Assembly (NCBI GenBank): GCA_013239625.1 | Contig: MU057342.1 | Location: 11,072,556 to 11,136,555, forward strand | DNA from: Lama guanicoe | Taxonomy: Eukaryota | DNA length: 64,000 bases | Direction: 5' to 3' | Program-made: the position numbers and the translations under genes | Part shown: piece after piece, positions 11,770 to 25,008 of the stretch | How positions within the stretch are numbered: position 1 is the first letter of the stretch | Layout: every line of letters begins with the position of its first letter | Notes under the pieces: model-generated | Database searches by the model: none | Seen by the model: only the letters and a program-made list of their open reading frames with translations | What the model was told of the DNA's origin: nothing

Positions 11770-14700
11770 TCCTCAATGAAGAAATGTAATTTTTCAAAAT
11801 AGCTTAGACAGTTTGTTTTATTTTCCAAGCTGTTTATTTTGGAATATATATAGATGTAGATGTACATCTGCAAGACAAATAACCATGAATTTGCTGCAAA
11901 CCCTGCAACAGCACCTTCTCCAAAATTCTACAAGACTCATTTTAATAGACCTACATGAGCCTTCAAAGGGCAGCAAACTCATTATAGCAATGGAAATCTA
12001 AGTAATTATAAGTTCTTCAACTACAAATGTAGTATTTATTAGGCAAAAGAATCCTGAATCTGTTAATGCTGTATATAATGAGATTGTATAATTCCTTTAG
12101 TCTTCCATTTGTTCAAATAACCATAGCACAGCTGGTGGCAATAAAAGCTACTCCATTGTTTTCTCACTGTCTGAACTTGGAATAAACGGTCCAGCTCTAG
12201 AAAAGAAGTTGTTCTTTTGTCTGATAAATTTCTTTCAAGTGGTTATCAATTTAAGGAAGAAGTCAAAGCTGCCCATGAGTAAATACCTCATCACATAAAA
12301 CATCAAATACCAACCACCCTCCATTACTGAAAACATTGGTTTGGAAAATAAACAAGGACAAAATGGCTCACTGCTTTTAATCAGTGTAATGAATACCATT
12401 AACTCAAACTGCAAACTCCCTATTCACCAGAAGTGAATTATTTAGTTCCAATATCTTTCCAATGGTTTCTTTTTCTCTTTAAACTTTAATTAAAATCAAC
12501 CACATTTGAAAATTGAGAAACCTAAGCCTAAGAAAGGGTTTTCAGCAACAACAAAAAATTCTTTTTATCTTTGGTTCTGACAACCTCTCTAACATCTGAA
12601 AATTCTTCAACCCAGTTAGAAGCACAGTTCATATAATGCAAACATCCATAAAGCAAGATAAAAAATCCGATCTATTCAACAAACTTTCGTGGAGAAAACT
12701 CAATGTGTTGAATACTACAGGTACATGACAAATAAGATATAGTCATCAAAGAAAGTATCAGCTCAAGCAATTTGTGTATCACTTGTATGTTTGTTAATGA
12801 AACATGGAAATTGATAACAAGTTTTTAAAAAATTACTATGAAATATATAACATTCTTGATATTTTGTAAGAATATCAGCATTCTATCACGTTCTAAGCAG
12901 AATAGTAAAATTGGAAATACACTATGAGAATGGTTTCACAGGGTTTTTTTGTTGAGATTTTCATACTATTTATGTATCCACCTAATACTTATCATCTACC
13001 ATGTACCTAGCTATGTAAGAGACAGAACCAGAAGCACAAAATATTTCCAGCTGAGGAAACAAATGACAAAAGAGCCTTTTGTAGGAGTATACTGGATATC
13101 ATGAGAGATACAAACCCCAGACTAAAGAAATATGCATATACTCTCCTTCTGACCCAACTCTAACTTCTTGGTATTTATCAGCTACACACACAATAGTTTT
13201 GTCAAAAAATGAAACTATTTGTAAACTTATATAATATCCCTCTTCAGTTAGTATTTAGATTTTTTAAAAAATAGTGTCTGATCTCCAAACTTAAAATTTG
13301 TTGAAAGAAAATAGCATGAGCAGATAGCTCATAAGATATTGCTTCCAACAAAATTTTTGATCGTATTGTGATTTTTGCTTTGATCTCCTGTTTCAACAAT
13401 CACAGAGAATATTATAATTGAAAGTGAAACAGTACTCAATTGAAAACACCCAATATTGATTCCTCCTTTTTCTGAAGAAAGAGTAAGTTTTCTCTGAATA
13501 ATTGCAGGATGTATTTTTTTCCACCATCTAACATAGACTGAAATTAAATCAAACCCACTACTTACAATAAAAGTTCCTGATGTTTTTCAGTAAGCATCAA
13601 GACATTTAAACACATGTGCTCTGAACTTAACAATGCATTATGATGGCCATACATAGATGCTCCTGGGCATAATGTTTGAGTATTTCTATAGTAACTAGTT
13701 TTCCCTTAATGGCATTAATGTATACAGCAAAAAAAGTATATGAAAAATATGCGGCCTATCTAGTATCACTTAGATAGAGTCAACATTTTTAAGGAAATTT
13801 TTAGCAAGCTAAAATCGCTCATACTTAACTTTAACATAGCTATAAAATACTTCACTTGTACAATAGCACATGTAATTTTGTAAAAACCATGATATGTCTA
13901 CAACTTCTTGAAATTTAATTTATTAGTATTTATGTATATATGTTTACCCATTTTGTTCTTCTTTGACCCATTGGTTATTTAGGAATATGTTAATTCCCAC
14001 ATATTTGTGAATTTACCAAATTTTCTTCTGTTTTTGATTTCTAATTTTACTCTATTGTGGTTGAAGAATATACTTTGTATTTCAACCCTTTAAAATTTGT
14101 TGGAACTTGTTCTATCGCCTAACATATATGGTCTACCATAGACAATAGTCCTTGTGCACTTAAGAAGAAAGTATACTCTGCTCCTGTTGGGTAGAATGCT
14201 TTATAGATGTTTGTTAGATCTAGTTGGTTTATAGTATTAAAGTCTTCTATTTTCTTGCAGATCATCTGTCTAGTTCTTCTACCCATTATTTAAAATGGAG
14301 TGGTGAAGTCTCCAACTATTATTGTTGAATTTTTCTATTTCTCCGTTCAATTCTGTCAGTTCTTGCTTCATGTATTTTGGGGATTATTATTCAGTACATA
14401 AATGTTTACAATGCTATGTATTTTTCATGGGTTGATTCTTTTGTCATTACAAAAAATCCTTTTTTGTCTCTACCAACAATTCCTGTCTATTGTGTCTGAT
14501 ATTAGTATTGCTACTTCAGCTCTCTTTTGGTTATTGCATGGATGGTATATCTTTTTCCATCCATTTACTTTCAACCTATGTCTTTGTATCTAACATATAG
14601 CTCTTATATACAGAATATATATATGATATTTTCTTATTCATTCTGCCAATATATATCTTTGATTGAATTATTTAATCCATGTCCCTTAAATAAATTACTG

Positions 14701-15532
14701 ATAAAATAAGATTTATGTCTACCATTTTGTTATTTATTTTTTATGTCAGGTCTCTTTGTTCTTCTATTCTTCCATTTCTGACTTCTTTTATGTTTGACAG
14801 ATATTTTATAGTGTACCATTTTACCATTGTTGTTTCCTTTAATATATTTTTTGTTTCCATAATCTCTGGGATTAAATTTAATTTATTGTACAATCTAATT
14901 CAGATTAACACTAATTTAATTTCCATAGTATAAAATTTTTATCTACTATATCACTTTTTAATTCCCCCTTTCTTTGTGTTCTCATTGTCATAGAAATTAC
15001 TTCTTTATACACTATAAGCCCATTAATGTGGTTTTATAGTTTATGTAGTTGTCTTTCAAACCAGGAGAAAAAGACAGTTATAAACAAAAATAAATATATA
15101 CTACCTTTTATATTTACTTACATAGTTACCTTTATCAGTATTGTTTATTGCTTCATGTGGATTTGAATTGTTGTCTAGTATTTCATTTCAGCCTAAAGGA
15201 ATTTTTTTTTTTTTGGTAGTATTTCTTATAGGGCAGATCTGCTAGTAACAAGTTTACTCAGTTTTTGTTTATCTTGGAATATCTTAATTTCTCCTTCCTT
15301 TTTGAAGTACAGTTTTGCTGAACATAAAATTTTTGGCTAATTTGCCCTTAAGCACTTTGAATATGTAATTCACTGCCTTCTGGACTCCATGATTTCTGAA
15401 GTGAAATCAGTTATCAGTCTTGTTGAGGATTCCTTGATTTGAGTAGTAACTTATCTTTCACTGCTTTCAAGATTCTCTCTGCTTTTTGCTTCATCAATTT
15501 GATCATGAGGTATGGTTCTCTTCAAGTACGTA

Positions 15533-15853
15533 CTATTGGTTTTGTTGAGCTTCTAGGATGTGTAGATTAATGTTAACTACCAAATTTGAGGACTTTTGAG
15601 CCATTAGTTCTTGAAATATTGTTTCTGCTCCTCTCTTTCTCTCTAGTCTTTTTGGGATTTCCATTATGCACATGTTGTTACACTTTATGGGGTTCCAAAG
15701 ATCTCTGAGGCTCTGACCACTTTTCCTCATTCTTTTACTTCTCTGTTCAACAGGATGAATAATCTCAATGGACATGTCTTCAAGTTCACAATTTTTTCCT
15801 CCTGCCAGCTCAAATCTTCTGTTAAACTTACCCAGTAAAATTTTCATTTCCAT
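15533..15853 (-). pseudogene. Decayed LINE-1 ORF1p fragment
   Basis: Translation ...ELEDMSIEII...KSGQSLRDLWNPIKCNNMCIMEIP...GAETIFQELMAQKSSNL...NLHILEAQQ matches ORF1p coiled-coil/RRM motifs (SLxELWDxIKRxNIRIxGIPE, IFEEIMAENFPNL). Confidence 0.9.
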
Positions 15854-16225
15854 TATTATACTTTTTAACTTCAGAATTTCTATGTTTTATAATGTCCAAC
15901 TCTTAAATGAAATTGTCTATGTGGTGATACAGTTGTCATACTTTTCTTTATTTCTTTAAACATGGTTTCCTTTATTTTTTTAAATATACATATAATAATC
16001 TGATTTAATTTATTTTTCTAGTGAGTCCAATGTTTGGGCTACCTCAGAGGCAGTTTTTATTGACTTTTTTTCTGTGTATGGGCCATACTTTTCTGTTTTC
16101 TTTGCATATCTTGTAGTTTTTCTGTTGAAAACAAGACATGTTAAATAACACAACGTGATAACTCTGGAATCAGATTTCTCTCTCCCCTCCCTGGTGTTCG
16201 TTGCTTTGTTTCTTTGTTGTTTTGT

Positions 16226-16246
16226 TGCTGCTGCTGCTGCTGCTGC
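16226..16246. repeat. (TGC)7 trinucleotide repeat inside L1
   Basis: tgctgctgctgctgctgctgc. Confidence 0.9.
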
Positions 16247-18959
16247 TTCTACTGCTGTTTTCTTAGCAACTTTTCTGAATTCTCTAAGGTTTGTGTTTTG
16301 TCATGTGTGGTCACTGAAGTCATTACTCAGATTTGTGATCAGCTAATAACTAGACAAAGATATCTTTAAATGACTTGAACCAATATGTTTCCCAGCCTTT
16401 GCCAAGGGGCACAAATGCTTTGCGCATTTGTCGGTCATGGATTTCCCCTTCTGACAGGCAGTTTACAACTCTGCCTTAGCCTTCACTTCCAGCTTGTACA
16501 AATGCTCAAGGTCGGACAGGAGTGAGAGATTAAGTCCTTATCAGGCCTTTCCTGGGCATGTGTACATCTCTATGCATGCTCCCTAAAGTAGAACTTGACA
16601 AAAAGTCCATTTTTATATAAAGCAAGACACTGAAGTATCCTCAATATGAATTCTTATTAAATGACACAGAACTGAATTTATTGTGGATCTGTCCTTTTTC
16701 CAGTAGCTAATATTTCTCTGGCTGGCTCTGAATGAATCATGGTCCCATGTTCATCAAAACAAATTTCTCTCTGCATATTTTATAGATGATTTAAAAAACA
16801 CAGAACCCAGTCCAAGTATTAAAAGTCAGAATGTTACAAAGTTTGCATATTTCAACAAAACCTTGAAGATGACATTGTCCAGAAAACGCCAAAGTGCTTC
16901 TTTCTTCGAATTAAAATTCTAAATTGTTGTATGAAAAGCTCCCAACATCAGCATTTCCTCCTACAGCCTGCCTCGCAACCAGAAGTTCTATGGTTTTCAC
17001 ACATGCTCCACACATACAGCTTATTTAGAAGAGGGCTTATATTGCTGCAGACTTCACAGGCTTGTTCAGGAACCTTCCTTTGAAATGATAAATTGGCTCT
17101 TTCTAGAGCTGCTTTCTTATTCAGAGACCTTCTTATGAGTGCTCTCCATGAGGATGAGAAAGAGCACAGCGGTACATCTAACACACTCAATTCTTTCGCT
17201 AAAAGTCATCAGAGACTCTGTACTATGATATTTCTGGGATCGATCAGTCATTTTTCCTTTTTGACCCTAGATATAGTTAGGTAAGAGGGGGTTAGCCAAA
17301 TAAGAAAACTATTATGCCTGGAACTCGACGTATCAAAATCAATTCACACATTTTAAAAGTTCCACCTGACTAAATTCCTACAAGATGAGAATCTGCCTTT
17401 AGGATGAGTCATTTGATTTCATGTTATGCTGGTGAAAATCAATGTGTGAATACAATAGGTGTTTCTAAACTTTATTAAACATGGCAAAAGGTTTAATTTT
17501 CTGAAATAAGTAAGTTGACTCTTATCAAATGATACACAATTGCGGTAAGAGATTATTACAATACTACTCTATTTTTAACTCTTTGGAAAGAAAAAAATTT
17601 CGTAAGTGGGAAAATCTAATGAAATGTAAATTGCAAATTTATACACAAAAGAGCCAAGAAAGGCAAAAGTTAAGGTGCTCAGGTTAACAACCATTCAGTT
17701 ATGTTAAACTTAATACATGCTTAATTAGGCTATTAAATGTGTATTTTAATGCGCCACAGGTGAAATGCAGAGGAGTTAGAGTTCCTATGAGAACTTAACT
17801 TCCACACTTCCTTACTCCCCCGTGTTTAAAATGCAACGTTTTGGGTTAATATAGCCGTTTGAAGTTAACTGCTTTGTTTTATTTTTATTTTAAAAAGAAA
17901 AGAATAAAGCAACCCACAGTATTTAATATTATTCATGTTTAAATGGTCCTTGTTGGTTTTTAAAATATGTTTGTAAAAGGAATACATTAGAGTCTGTGTT
18001 TATATCTTTGCTGGGGCCAACCTGCCTGACTAGAGATCACTTTCGGTTTTTTGCTAGATTATATTAATAAGCAGCAAATCACGATGTTACAATGAATCAA
18101 AAGAAATAATAATTTAGTTGTATTATTTTATTTTTAGAATAAGTAGCCACAATGCACACGTGAAATCCTTAATGTCTCCACTCATTTACTTCAGCAAGAA
18201 CAGAAAACTAAGAGAGTATACCTTTGACTTCACTAACTCCACTCCATAAAACTTCTAAACATCAGCAGAAAAAGACAACAAAATTTCCTTTCTTGGTGTT
18301 TAAGAAAAGATTATGCCCTAGGAAACCCATCTTAACAACAAGCTTGTTTTCTTTAGAAGCCACCAACCTTTTCGCTGGTGCTCTCTACTGTATCTTAAAT
18401 GCAGAAGGTAAAACTTATTTTATAGTGGGAATGAAGATGAAAAGCCTTCCCATTAGTCCCATGGAGTTACAGCCTCATGGTTTCCGGACTTGTGCAATTA
18501 CCCTGTGATATTCTGGCCCAGTGGACTGGACTGTGATGCATACACTGTGATCCTTTACAATGTATTCCTAAATGAATAGGAGAGAATGGTAGTGCTGACT
18601 TCAGAGAAGCAGAGTCGGGTTCCCATTAGAATATGTTTTGTTGGGTCAGAAATAGCTATAAAGTTGTCCTATATGCCCACTTATGTTTCATAGCCATAAA
18701 GTACCCATCTTAAGACTGGTTCTGTTGATTTAACAAACTGACTCTTACTTTCTCTGTACACAGCTATTGACCTAGCTCTGGATGGCTTCCCAAGCATGAG
18801 TCAAGCCAAAGCCAATTTCTAGGTAGAGAAGACTATAATGTCCAAAATCAGCCCTTTTTGTATATTTATGCTCTTTGACAATAAATGGACTGGTCATTCA
18901 TTACCTCCTAGTTACCCACTTACTCCTACTCCTGTGCAGTAAGTGAAGTTTAAAAGTAA

Positions 18960-19105
18960 ATCTAAATCCCAGCTCTGCCACTTACTAGCTCCATTACTTG
19001 GCATAAGTTGTTCTTTAGACTGTTGTGCTGACTAAATGAGATATAATGTTTTTAAAACCCTAAAAATTGTCCCTGGCAAAGAATAAGCATCCAATAAATG
19101 CTAGC
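18960..19105 (+). mobile_element. MIR with internal deletion
   Basis: aaatcccagctctgccacttactagct...cttggcataagtt...actaaatgagatataatg...cctggcaaagaataagcatccaataaatgctagc. Confidence 0.85.
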
Positions 19106-19257
19106 CTCCTCAACAGCAGTAAGGTAAATACTCAAAAACGTTGTCAAAGAATACCTTTGATCAACAAGGCTTTGACCATGTTTAAAAGACAGCCCCTGGG
19201 AACTGATTAAAGGCATAGGTTGCTAGACTAGATCTGACTTATAATTATTGTAGTGAT

Positions 19258-19500
19258 CATCATTCATTGTTTGATCAAATGTTTACTAAGCACCTCCTGA
19301 GTGCTAACTAAATTCTATGCAGGAAAGAAAAATACGACAATTTCTCCAAAAGGCTTACACTACTCCAGAAATACAAGACAGATAACACACATCAGTATAA
19401 TATGGGGGAAATTGTAGCCCATGTCAACTGAAGTATAAAGTGCTTAGAGGTGGGGAGCTCATAACTGGTAAAAAGGATTAGAAATATGAAATATTTCTGA
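19258..19500 (-). mobile_element. L2 3' region, degraded
   Basis: catcattcattgtttgatcaaatgtttactaagcacctcctgagtgc. Confidence 0.55.
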
Positions 19501-19597
19501 AGAAGGTAAGACTTTAAAAATTCTGAATACACCCTTTTTATTATATTTGCCAGGTAAAATTGGGCTCCAAACGAGGTCTTAAAGGTAAATATTAAAT

Positions 19598-19695
19598 TCT
19601 TTCATTCAATATTTACTGAGAACCTACTATGTGCTAAATACGTCAATCCACTAAACCTCACACAATATTCAGAGATAAAAATCACTTATCTTCAT
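19598..19695 (-). mobile_element. L2/MIR shared 3' tail
   Basis: ttcattcaatatttactgagaacctactatgtgctaaatac...aaacctcacacaa. Confidence 0.65.
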
Positions 19696-19979
19696 ATATC
19701 AATAAAATCTTGTGTTTATTTTAGGAAAAAAAAACTGCAGTCATGATAACCCTATTTTGGCAAAATTCCTACATGAATATTTCCTGAGGGAAACTGTAGG
19801 ATTCATTCACTTTGCATTAACTAAAAATTGCCCTAAAAGATATGAATCAAAATTACTACTTTATCTAAACAGTGAAGTTGAATGGAGATGTCTACTCATT
19901 TATAAGACTATTTTTCTCACTTTTTAAATGGCTTTCCTTCTCTTTTTTTCTTTTCTTTATGAAACTGTATTTTAAAAGT

Positions 19980-20110
19980 GCAAACCGGATTTAGGATCAC
20001 ACAGATCTTAAGTTCAATTGTTAGCTAAGACAAGTTATTTCTCTGAGCCAAATTTCGTCATCTGTAAAAATCTGTAGAATAGGAATAACTATCACAGTAC
20101 CTTGTGATTC
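19980..20110 (+). mobile_element. MIR fragment
   Basis: acaagttatttctctgagccaaatttcgtcatctgtaaaa. Confidence 0.65.
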
Positions 20111-20401
20111 TTACTTCATTCCGTCAACTTGTTTACAACTTAGAAACTCCTGCTAGCTTGCTTCTTAGAAACAGCAATCATATCTTGTTCATCTTTACAA
20201 CCCCAAAGTACTTAAACATAATAATACTTAGCACATATTAGGCCATAACTAAAACCTTTCCCCTGGCTTGGATGCTGGCAAAAACATCACATCTACCCTT
20301 AACCAGTAAAATAAAATATTTTTATTTCACGTACTTTGTCAGAGAAACAATCTCCAAATCCACTGCTATGTAAGGTCAGCTAAAGAGATATATTTCTAAA
20401 T

Positions 20402-20695
20402 TTTTTATTTCTTTATTTTTGACAAATAAAAATCACATATATATTTAAGGTGTACAACATAATGGTTTGATATACATATATATTTTAAAATAACTGCTAC
20501 AGTCAAATTAATTAACATATCTGTCACTTCCCATAGTTGCCACTTTGTGTGTGTGTGTGGTGAGAACACTTGAGATTTACACATTTGGCAAATTTCAAGT
20601 AGACACTGTCTTATTACTAACTCTAGTCACCATTCTGTAAATTAGATCTTCAAAACTTATTCATCTTACAATTGAAAGTTTGAATCCCTTGATCT
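20402..20695 (-). mobile_element. L1 3' end (L1MA8-10-like)
   Basis: gacaaataaaaat...atatttaaggtgtacaacataatggtttgatatacatata...gtggtgagaacacttgagat...gcaaatttcaagta...tagtcaccattctgtaaattagatct. Confidence 0.9.
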
Positions 20696-20744
20696 ATAAA
20701 AGAATATCTAAATGTCCAGTAAGTCATCTTAGATACTTGAAATC

Positions 20745-20870
20745 TGTGTTCCTCAATAATCCCCTCAAGATTCTGATTCAGAGGGTCTAAGATGGGGTCT
20801 GAGAGTCTGCATATCTAACAAGCCCCCAGGTGATGCTGAAGCTGCTGGTCAGCAAACCACACACTTACTG
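20745..20870 (-). mobile_element. MER5A (hAT-Charlie), partial
   Basis: gattctgattcagagggtct...ctgcatatctaacaagcccccaggtgatgctgaagctgctggtc. Confidence 0.85.
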
Positions 20871-20949
20871 CCCTAGCTCAAAATCACTCTTAGAGTTTGT
20901 GCCTGGTGTTCACTTTTTGGCTTCTATAGAAGTGTTTTCCTGGATGCTA

Positions 20950-21440
20950 CTTAGGCATTAAACAATTCACCAAAAACATTATAAGAGTATACTTTTAAAT
21001 GCCCTAAGACAAGCTTTGTCCTATTTACTTGTAAGGATGTTTTTGAGGACATCCATTATTTATTTCATTCCATAGGGCTTCTCTCAGAGGACCCATCACA
21101 GAGATTTCTCCCTGAACTTGATATTACGAAGAGTGCTGGTGCTCCTCCTGAGAAGCTGGCTTGTTCATATGCTGCAGAGAGTATCAATCTTATAACCTTA
21201 TGGTCTTTCCCTTATGGCTGCTAGAAAACTGAGAGACAGCTGCCTTTATTTATATAAAATGGGTATCACCTTGACACCTGGATTTTATGTACGACCTCAT
21301 TTTAAATAATTCACCCGCCTTTTTCTTCCCTTATTTTTTACTGGCTCTTATTTCCCTCCATTTTTGGCGTTTGTGTTGTTAAATTTATATATTTTAAACA
21401 GACTTAAAATCCTGTTCACAATGAGAGAGGAATGGAAGTA
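20950..21440 (+). mobile_element. Ancient RTE-X/L4-like LINE 3' end
   Basis: Frameshifted translation KLCP/TCKDVFEDIHYLFHS (21011-21072) resembles a C-terminal CCHC knuckle. The tail ttttaaacagacttaaaatcctgttcacaatgagagagg resembles the L4 3' end. Confidence 0.45.
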
Positions 21441-23824
21441 GAAAGGAAAAAAAGGACCTATTATAAGCAGAAAACACTTGCACAATAGTTCTTAAACATT
21501 CCACTATTATCTACTATAAGAACTACAAGCAGCTAACTAAAATTTGTATTAACTGACTTAAAATTACTTTTAAGAAAGTCAGGGTTCCAGGAATCATCAC
21601 TGTCATTCTTGTTTACTGATAGCAATGGATTATCTTAGAGTGATAAGATAGAAACACTGGCTGGAAAGGTAGGAATGTCTTGTCATTGGCTGCCTGATTT
21701 AGTGAAGCTCCCTGATGATATACCACCAATTTCATCACTCAGTCTGGAGGTGAAGGGTCCTTGCAATTCTACCACCTGTCTTCTCTGAAATCTAATCACA
21801 ACTCTGAACTCCTAAGGGATTCTATTTTTGCTATCCCCCAAATGCTATGCTGTGTTGTTACTATAACATCATATTCTTATATTTGTCCCTCACTTCACCT
21901 AGCACCCTACTTTCCATGCAGTCAGAATCAATATTACTTTCTGTTTATTAAGTAACAGCATTGCTATTTTTATACAGGAACTCTACAATAGGAGACATTG
22001 TATAATAATCTTGGACATTCAACATTGTAATAAGAAATAAAAATCTAAAAATCTGGGGCAAAAAAGAAAAAAAAAGCTCTTCAAGTTATTGAGAAGAAAA
22101 GACCTTGATCTGCTATGATGGCAAAGTTTCTGAAGAGCCAAGTATAATTATTAAGTCACCTAAAAACTAAGACTTTTTAAATAATAGTTTCAAAGATCTC
22201 TTAATTATTTCACCTGGTTGTAGAAATGCATCAATGTTTCATCAAAGCTGTCCATAAAGGTGACTGTTTTTTAAGGCTAGCGAGGGTATGGCCACAATCT
22301 CTTTCCAAGCTGAATTATTTCCCAAAATTCTTCTCTGTATCTAATTCTCCAGCCACATCAACCCTTTTACTCACTGCAAATGGCTCCTCTATCATCCCCT
22401 TGTCTTGTTCACTGAAGTGAGCTGTTCTGAAGTACTGTTTATGCATGTTACACAGCTAAATCCTATCCCACCTCCAAGAACCCATGAAAATGTTCCTCCC
22501 TCATGATGCTGTCTTTCCCTGTTCTCCAACCTGAAAGGAATCTCACTCTGCCACATTTATACCACTTATAATCTAACTCCTGACTCCTTACAAAATACTG
22601 CCTTTGACTACATTTTTCTTCGGTATATGATATCTGCAAACTGGTTAGCTCTCTGAAGAAAGTTATGGCTACTTTTTGCTAATACCCTGAAGACACTTAG
22701 CTTAATCCCTACAACTTAGTCTTCAAATGCCTGTTGAATGAATCCATTGACAAAATCCTGGTAGGCATGCATCAGCAGGTCATCACAGCAAAGAGAAGGT
22801 TGCCTGTGTTTATTTGTTCAACTTATGAAACAAGGCTCTTTTAATCACATCTACCATTTCTCTGTGTGTATGTGTGCATAAGCATATATTCATAATTTTG
22901 CAAAACACATGTTCAATATATAAATTGCTTAGTCTGTGTATTTCCAGCTTTGATTATTCATGGTGCAGTCCTTCATAGAGGCTGATAAGAGCTACTCATA
23001 AAATGCAACTCTACATAATAGTACTCGCCTTGGTACTACTGCACTTAATAAAGCACTTCAAAATTCATACTGAAGTACAGAATGCGCTAAACTACAGGAT
23101 TCAAATTATCTTAGATGTGTGATTAAATATGCTATAAAATTATTCTTCAGAACACTTATTTTATTTGTTAAAGAGCATATGTTCTTCCTCAAAATAACTT
23201 GCTATTTTTGAACTATTACTCAGCCACATACTTCCTACAAGCAGCAAAGGTTACCTCAGATAAACCTAGGTTTTACAATATTTGAAAGACTTTCCTCTGC
23301 TACTCTATGCCAAATGAAAATTCATGAGTCATGGGTGAATGACAGGAGCAGTCTTGGAGGTAATTTTTTCTTAATGCTAGTAGCTTGAAATAAAGTTTGT
23401 TTAGTAATAATATTTTATAAGCCCCCTCATACACTTGATTATGTTTGCTTCAAAGCAAGGATGAAAATAAATATCAGTATAATCTACATTTTTCAGAGGA
23501 TGCAATCAAGTCTTAGAGCAATTACATGAATGGCTCAAGGATGCATGTGTAGTGAATGGCCATATCCATATATCTAACTGTTAACACTATCACCTTTAGT
23601 TTAAGATTTGAGGCAGGGAATTTGTCCCTTTCATTTCCATTTGAACTGACATTTGATAACCATTTTTTTAAAATATAACTGCTTCCAAATTGGCCGGTTA
23701 ATTTGATATATCTTTCTTCTTCTGCTTTTGGTCATTCCTTTTCATTTAATCCACTGACTTTATGTTAAGGTGGAAACTTCCAAATGATCAGAAAATTTTA
23801 AATCAGCGCACCATGTTTAAACAC

Positions 23825-24232
23825 TGTGGCAGAGACAGTGCTTTATGTTTCCGAACCCTGTTTCCTTTTCCTCTAGGACATAGGACTAGATTACATTTCC
23901 CAGGCTCCCTTAAGTTCAGTGGAAACATGTGCTTAAATTATGGCCATGGAAAGGTGGTTAGAAGTGATGGCCTGGTCAGAAGTAGCACTTCCAGGCCTGG
24001 GCTACAATAATTCCTTCAATGCAGGCCTCCACATTCGCTTCTCTTATTTACAGGCCAGATGCAGAGGATCCACTGGGGACTCCAAGGCCTTCACTGACAT
24101 GAAAGCCACTCAATGAAAGAAGCCAGGATTCCTAAATGACTAAGGAGAACAACGGCTCCTAACACCTGCCCCATTACCACTAACTTGAATTGGATGATGA
24201 CATGGTGAAAAACAATCCTTTATAATATTAAA
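23825..24232 (+). mobile_element. MLT1J-family MaLR solo LTR
   Basis: tgtggcagagac...ctagattacatttcccaggctccctt...agaagtgatg...cacttccaggcctgg...gatgcagaggatcca...gaaagaagccaggattcctaaatgac. Confidence 0.88.
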
Positions 24233-24671
24233 GGATCCAATAAATAGGATAGGATAGGTTATTTTTATAGGATATATAATTAATTACTCGTTTATAGTTA
24301 TAAAAATATTAAAAGTCTAATATTTATATATATAGCATTCACATTTTAATGACACAGAAAATACTATTTGTCATCCATGAAAGGGGAGAAGGTTGACACA
24401 CTCCCCAGCTTTCAGCCAGCTATCTATGGTTCTCTGTACCATTCCTGCAAGCAGTGACTGCAGTGACTCAAGGCATCCTTCTGGATTTGAGGATCACTGC
24501 AACTGGTTGTAGTTACACATTTCTCTTGTTGATGACCTCAGATATTTCATATATTTTTGGTCCAACTTCCTCATGAAACATTAACTTCATGAATGCATAA
24601 GACTCTATCTTTTACTTATTTATATTGCTCTGTGCTGGTACATGCTGAGTGTTCTCAAGACCAGCTTACTG

Positions 24672-24830
24672 AGGAGGGAGGGTCTAGCTCAGTGGTACAG
24701 CACTTGCTTAGTATGCATGGGATCCTGGGTTCAATCCCCAGTACCTCCATTAAAATAAATTAATTAAAAAAAAAACCCTAATTGTCTTCCCCTCAAAATT
24801 AATAAAAGTTTTTTTTTAATGGAAAAAAAA
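24672..24830 (+). mobile_element. Camelid tRNA-Ala-derived SINE (Vic-1 type) with 15-bp TSD
   Basis: Head gggagggtctagctcagtggtacagcacttgcttagtatgcatgggatcctgggttcaatccccagtacctcca (A and B boxes), A-rich tail, and TSD aagaccagcttactg at 24657-24671 and 24831-24845. Confidence 0.93.
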
Positions 24831-24875
24831 AAGACCAGCTTACTGGCATGTAAAACTATTTGTAGATATTTTCTT

Positions 24876-25008
24876 TTTTGTTGTTGGTGGGGGGGGTGGA
24901 GTAATTAGGTTATCTATTTATTTACTCAACAGAGATACTAAGGATTGAACCCAGGACCTTGTGCATGCTAGGCATGCACTCTACCCAGAGTTATACCCTT
25001 CCCCAACC
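24876..25008 (-). mobile_element. Camelid tRNA-Ala-derived SINE (Vic-1 type) with 16-bp TSD
   Basis: Reverse complement reads ggggaagggtataactctgggtagagtgcatgcctagcatgcacaaggtcctgggttcaatccttagtatctc. TSD ttgtagatattttctt at 24860-24875 and 25009-25024. Confidence 0.93.

Larger units (their letters stand above)
13945..16580 (-). mobile_element. Old L1 (L1M type) 5' portion: 5'UTR, ORF1, inter-ORF and ORF2 endonuclease region
   Basis: T-rich antisense L1 sequence (ttctttgacccattggttatttagga; gtgaagtctccaactattattgttgaatt; ccatccatttactttcaaccta) plus the ORF1 remnant. Confidence 0.92.

Noticed and set aside
16226-16246. Coding poly-Ala/poly-Gln triplet repeat
   Set aside because: It lies inside a decayed L1 5' region, not in an exon.
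24677-24749. tRNA-Ala gene
   Set aside because: It has a tRNA-like head but with mismatched stems, an A-rich tail and TSDs, so it is a SINE.
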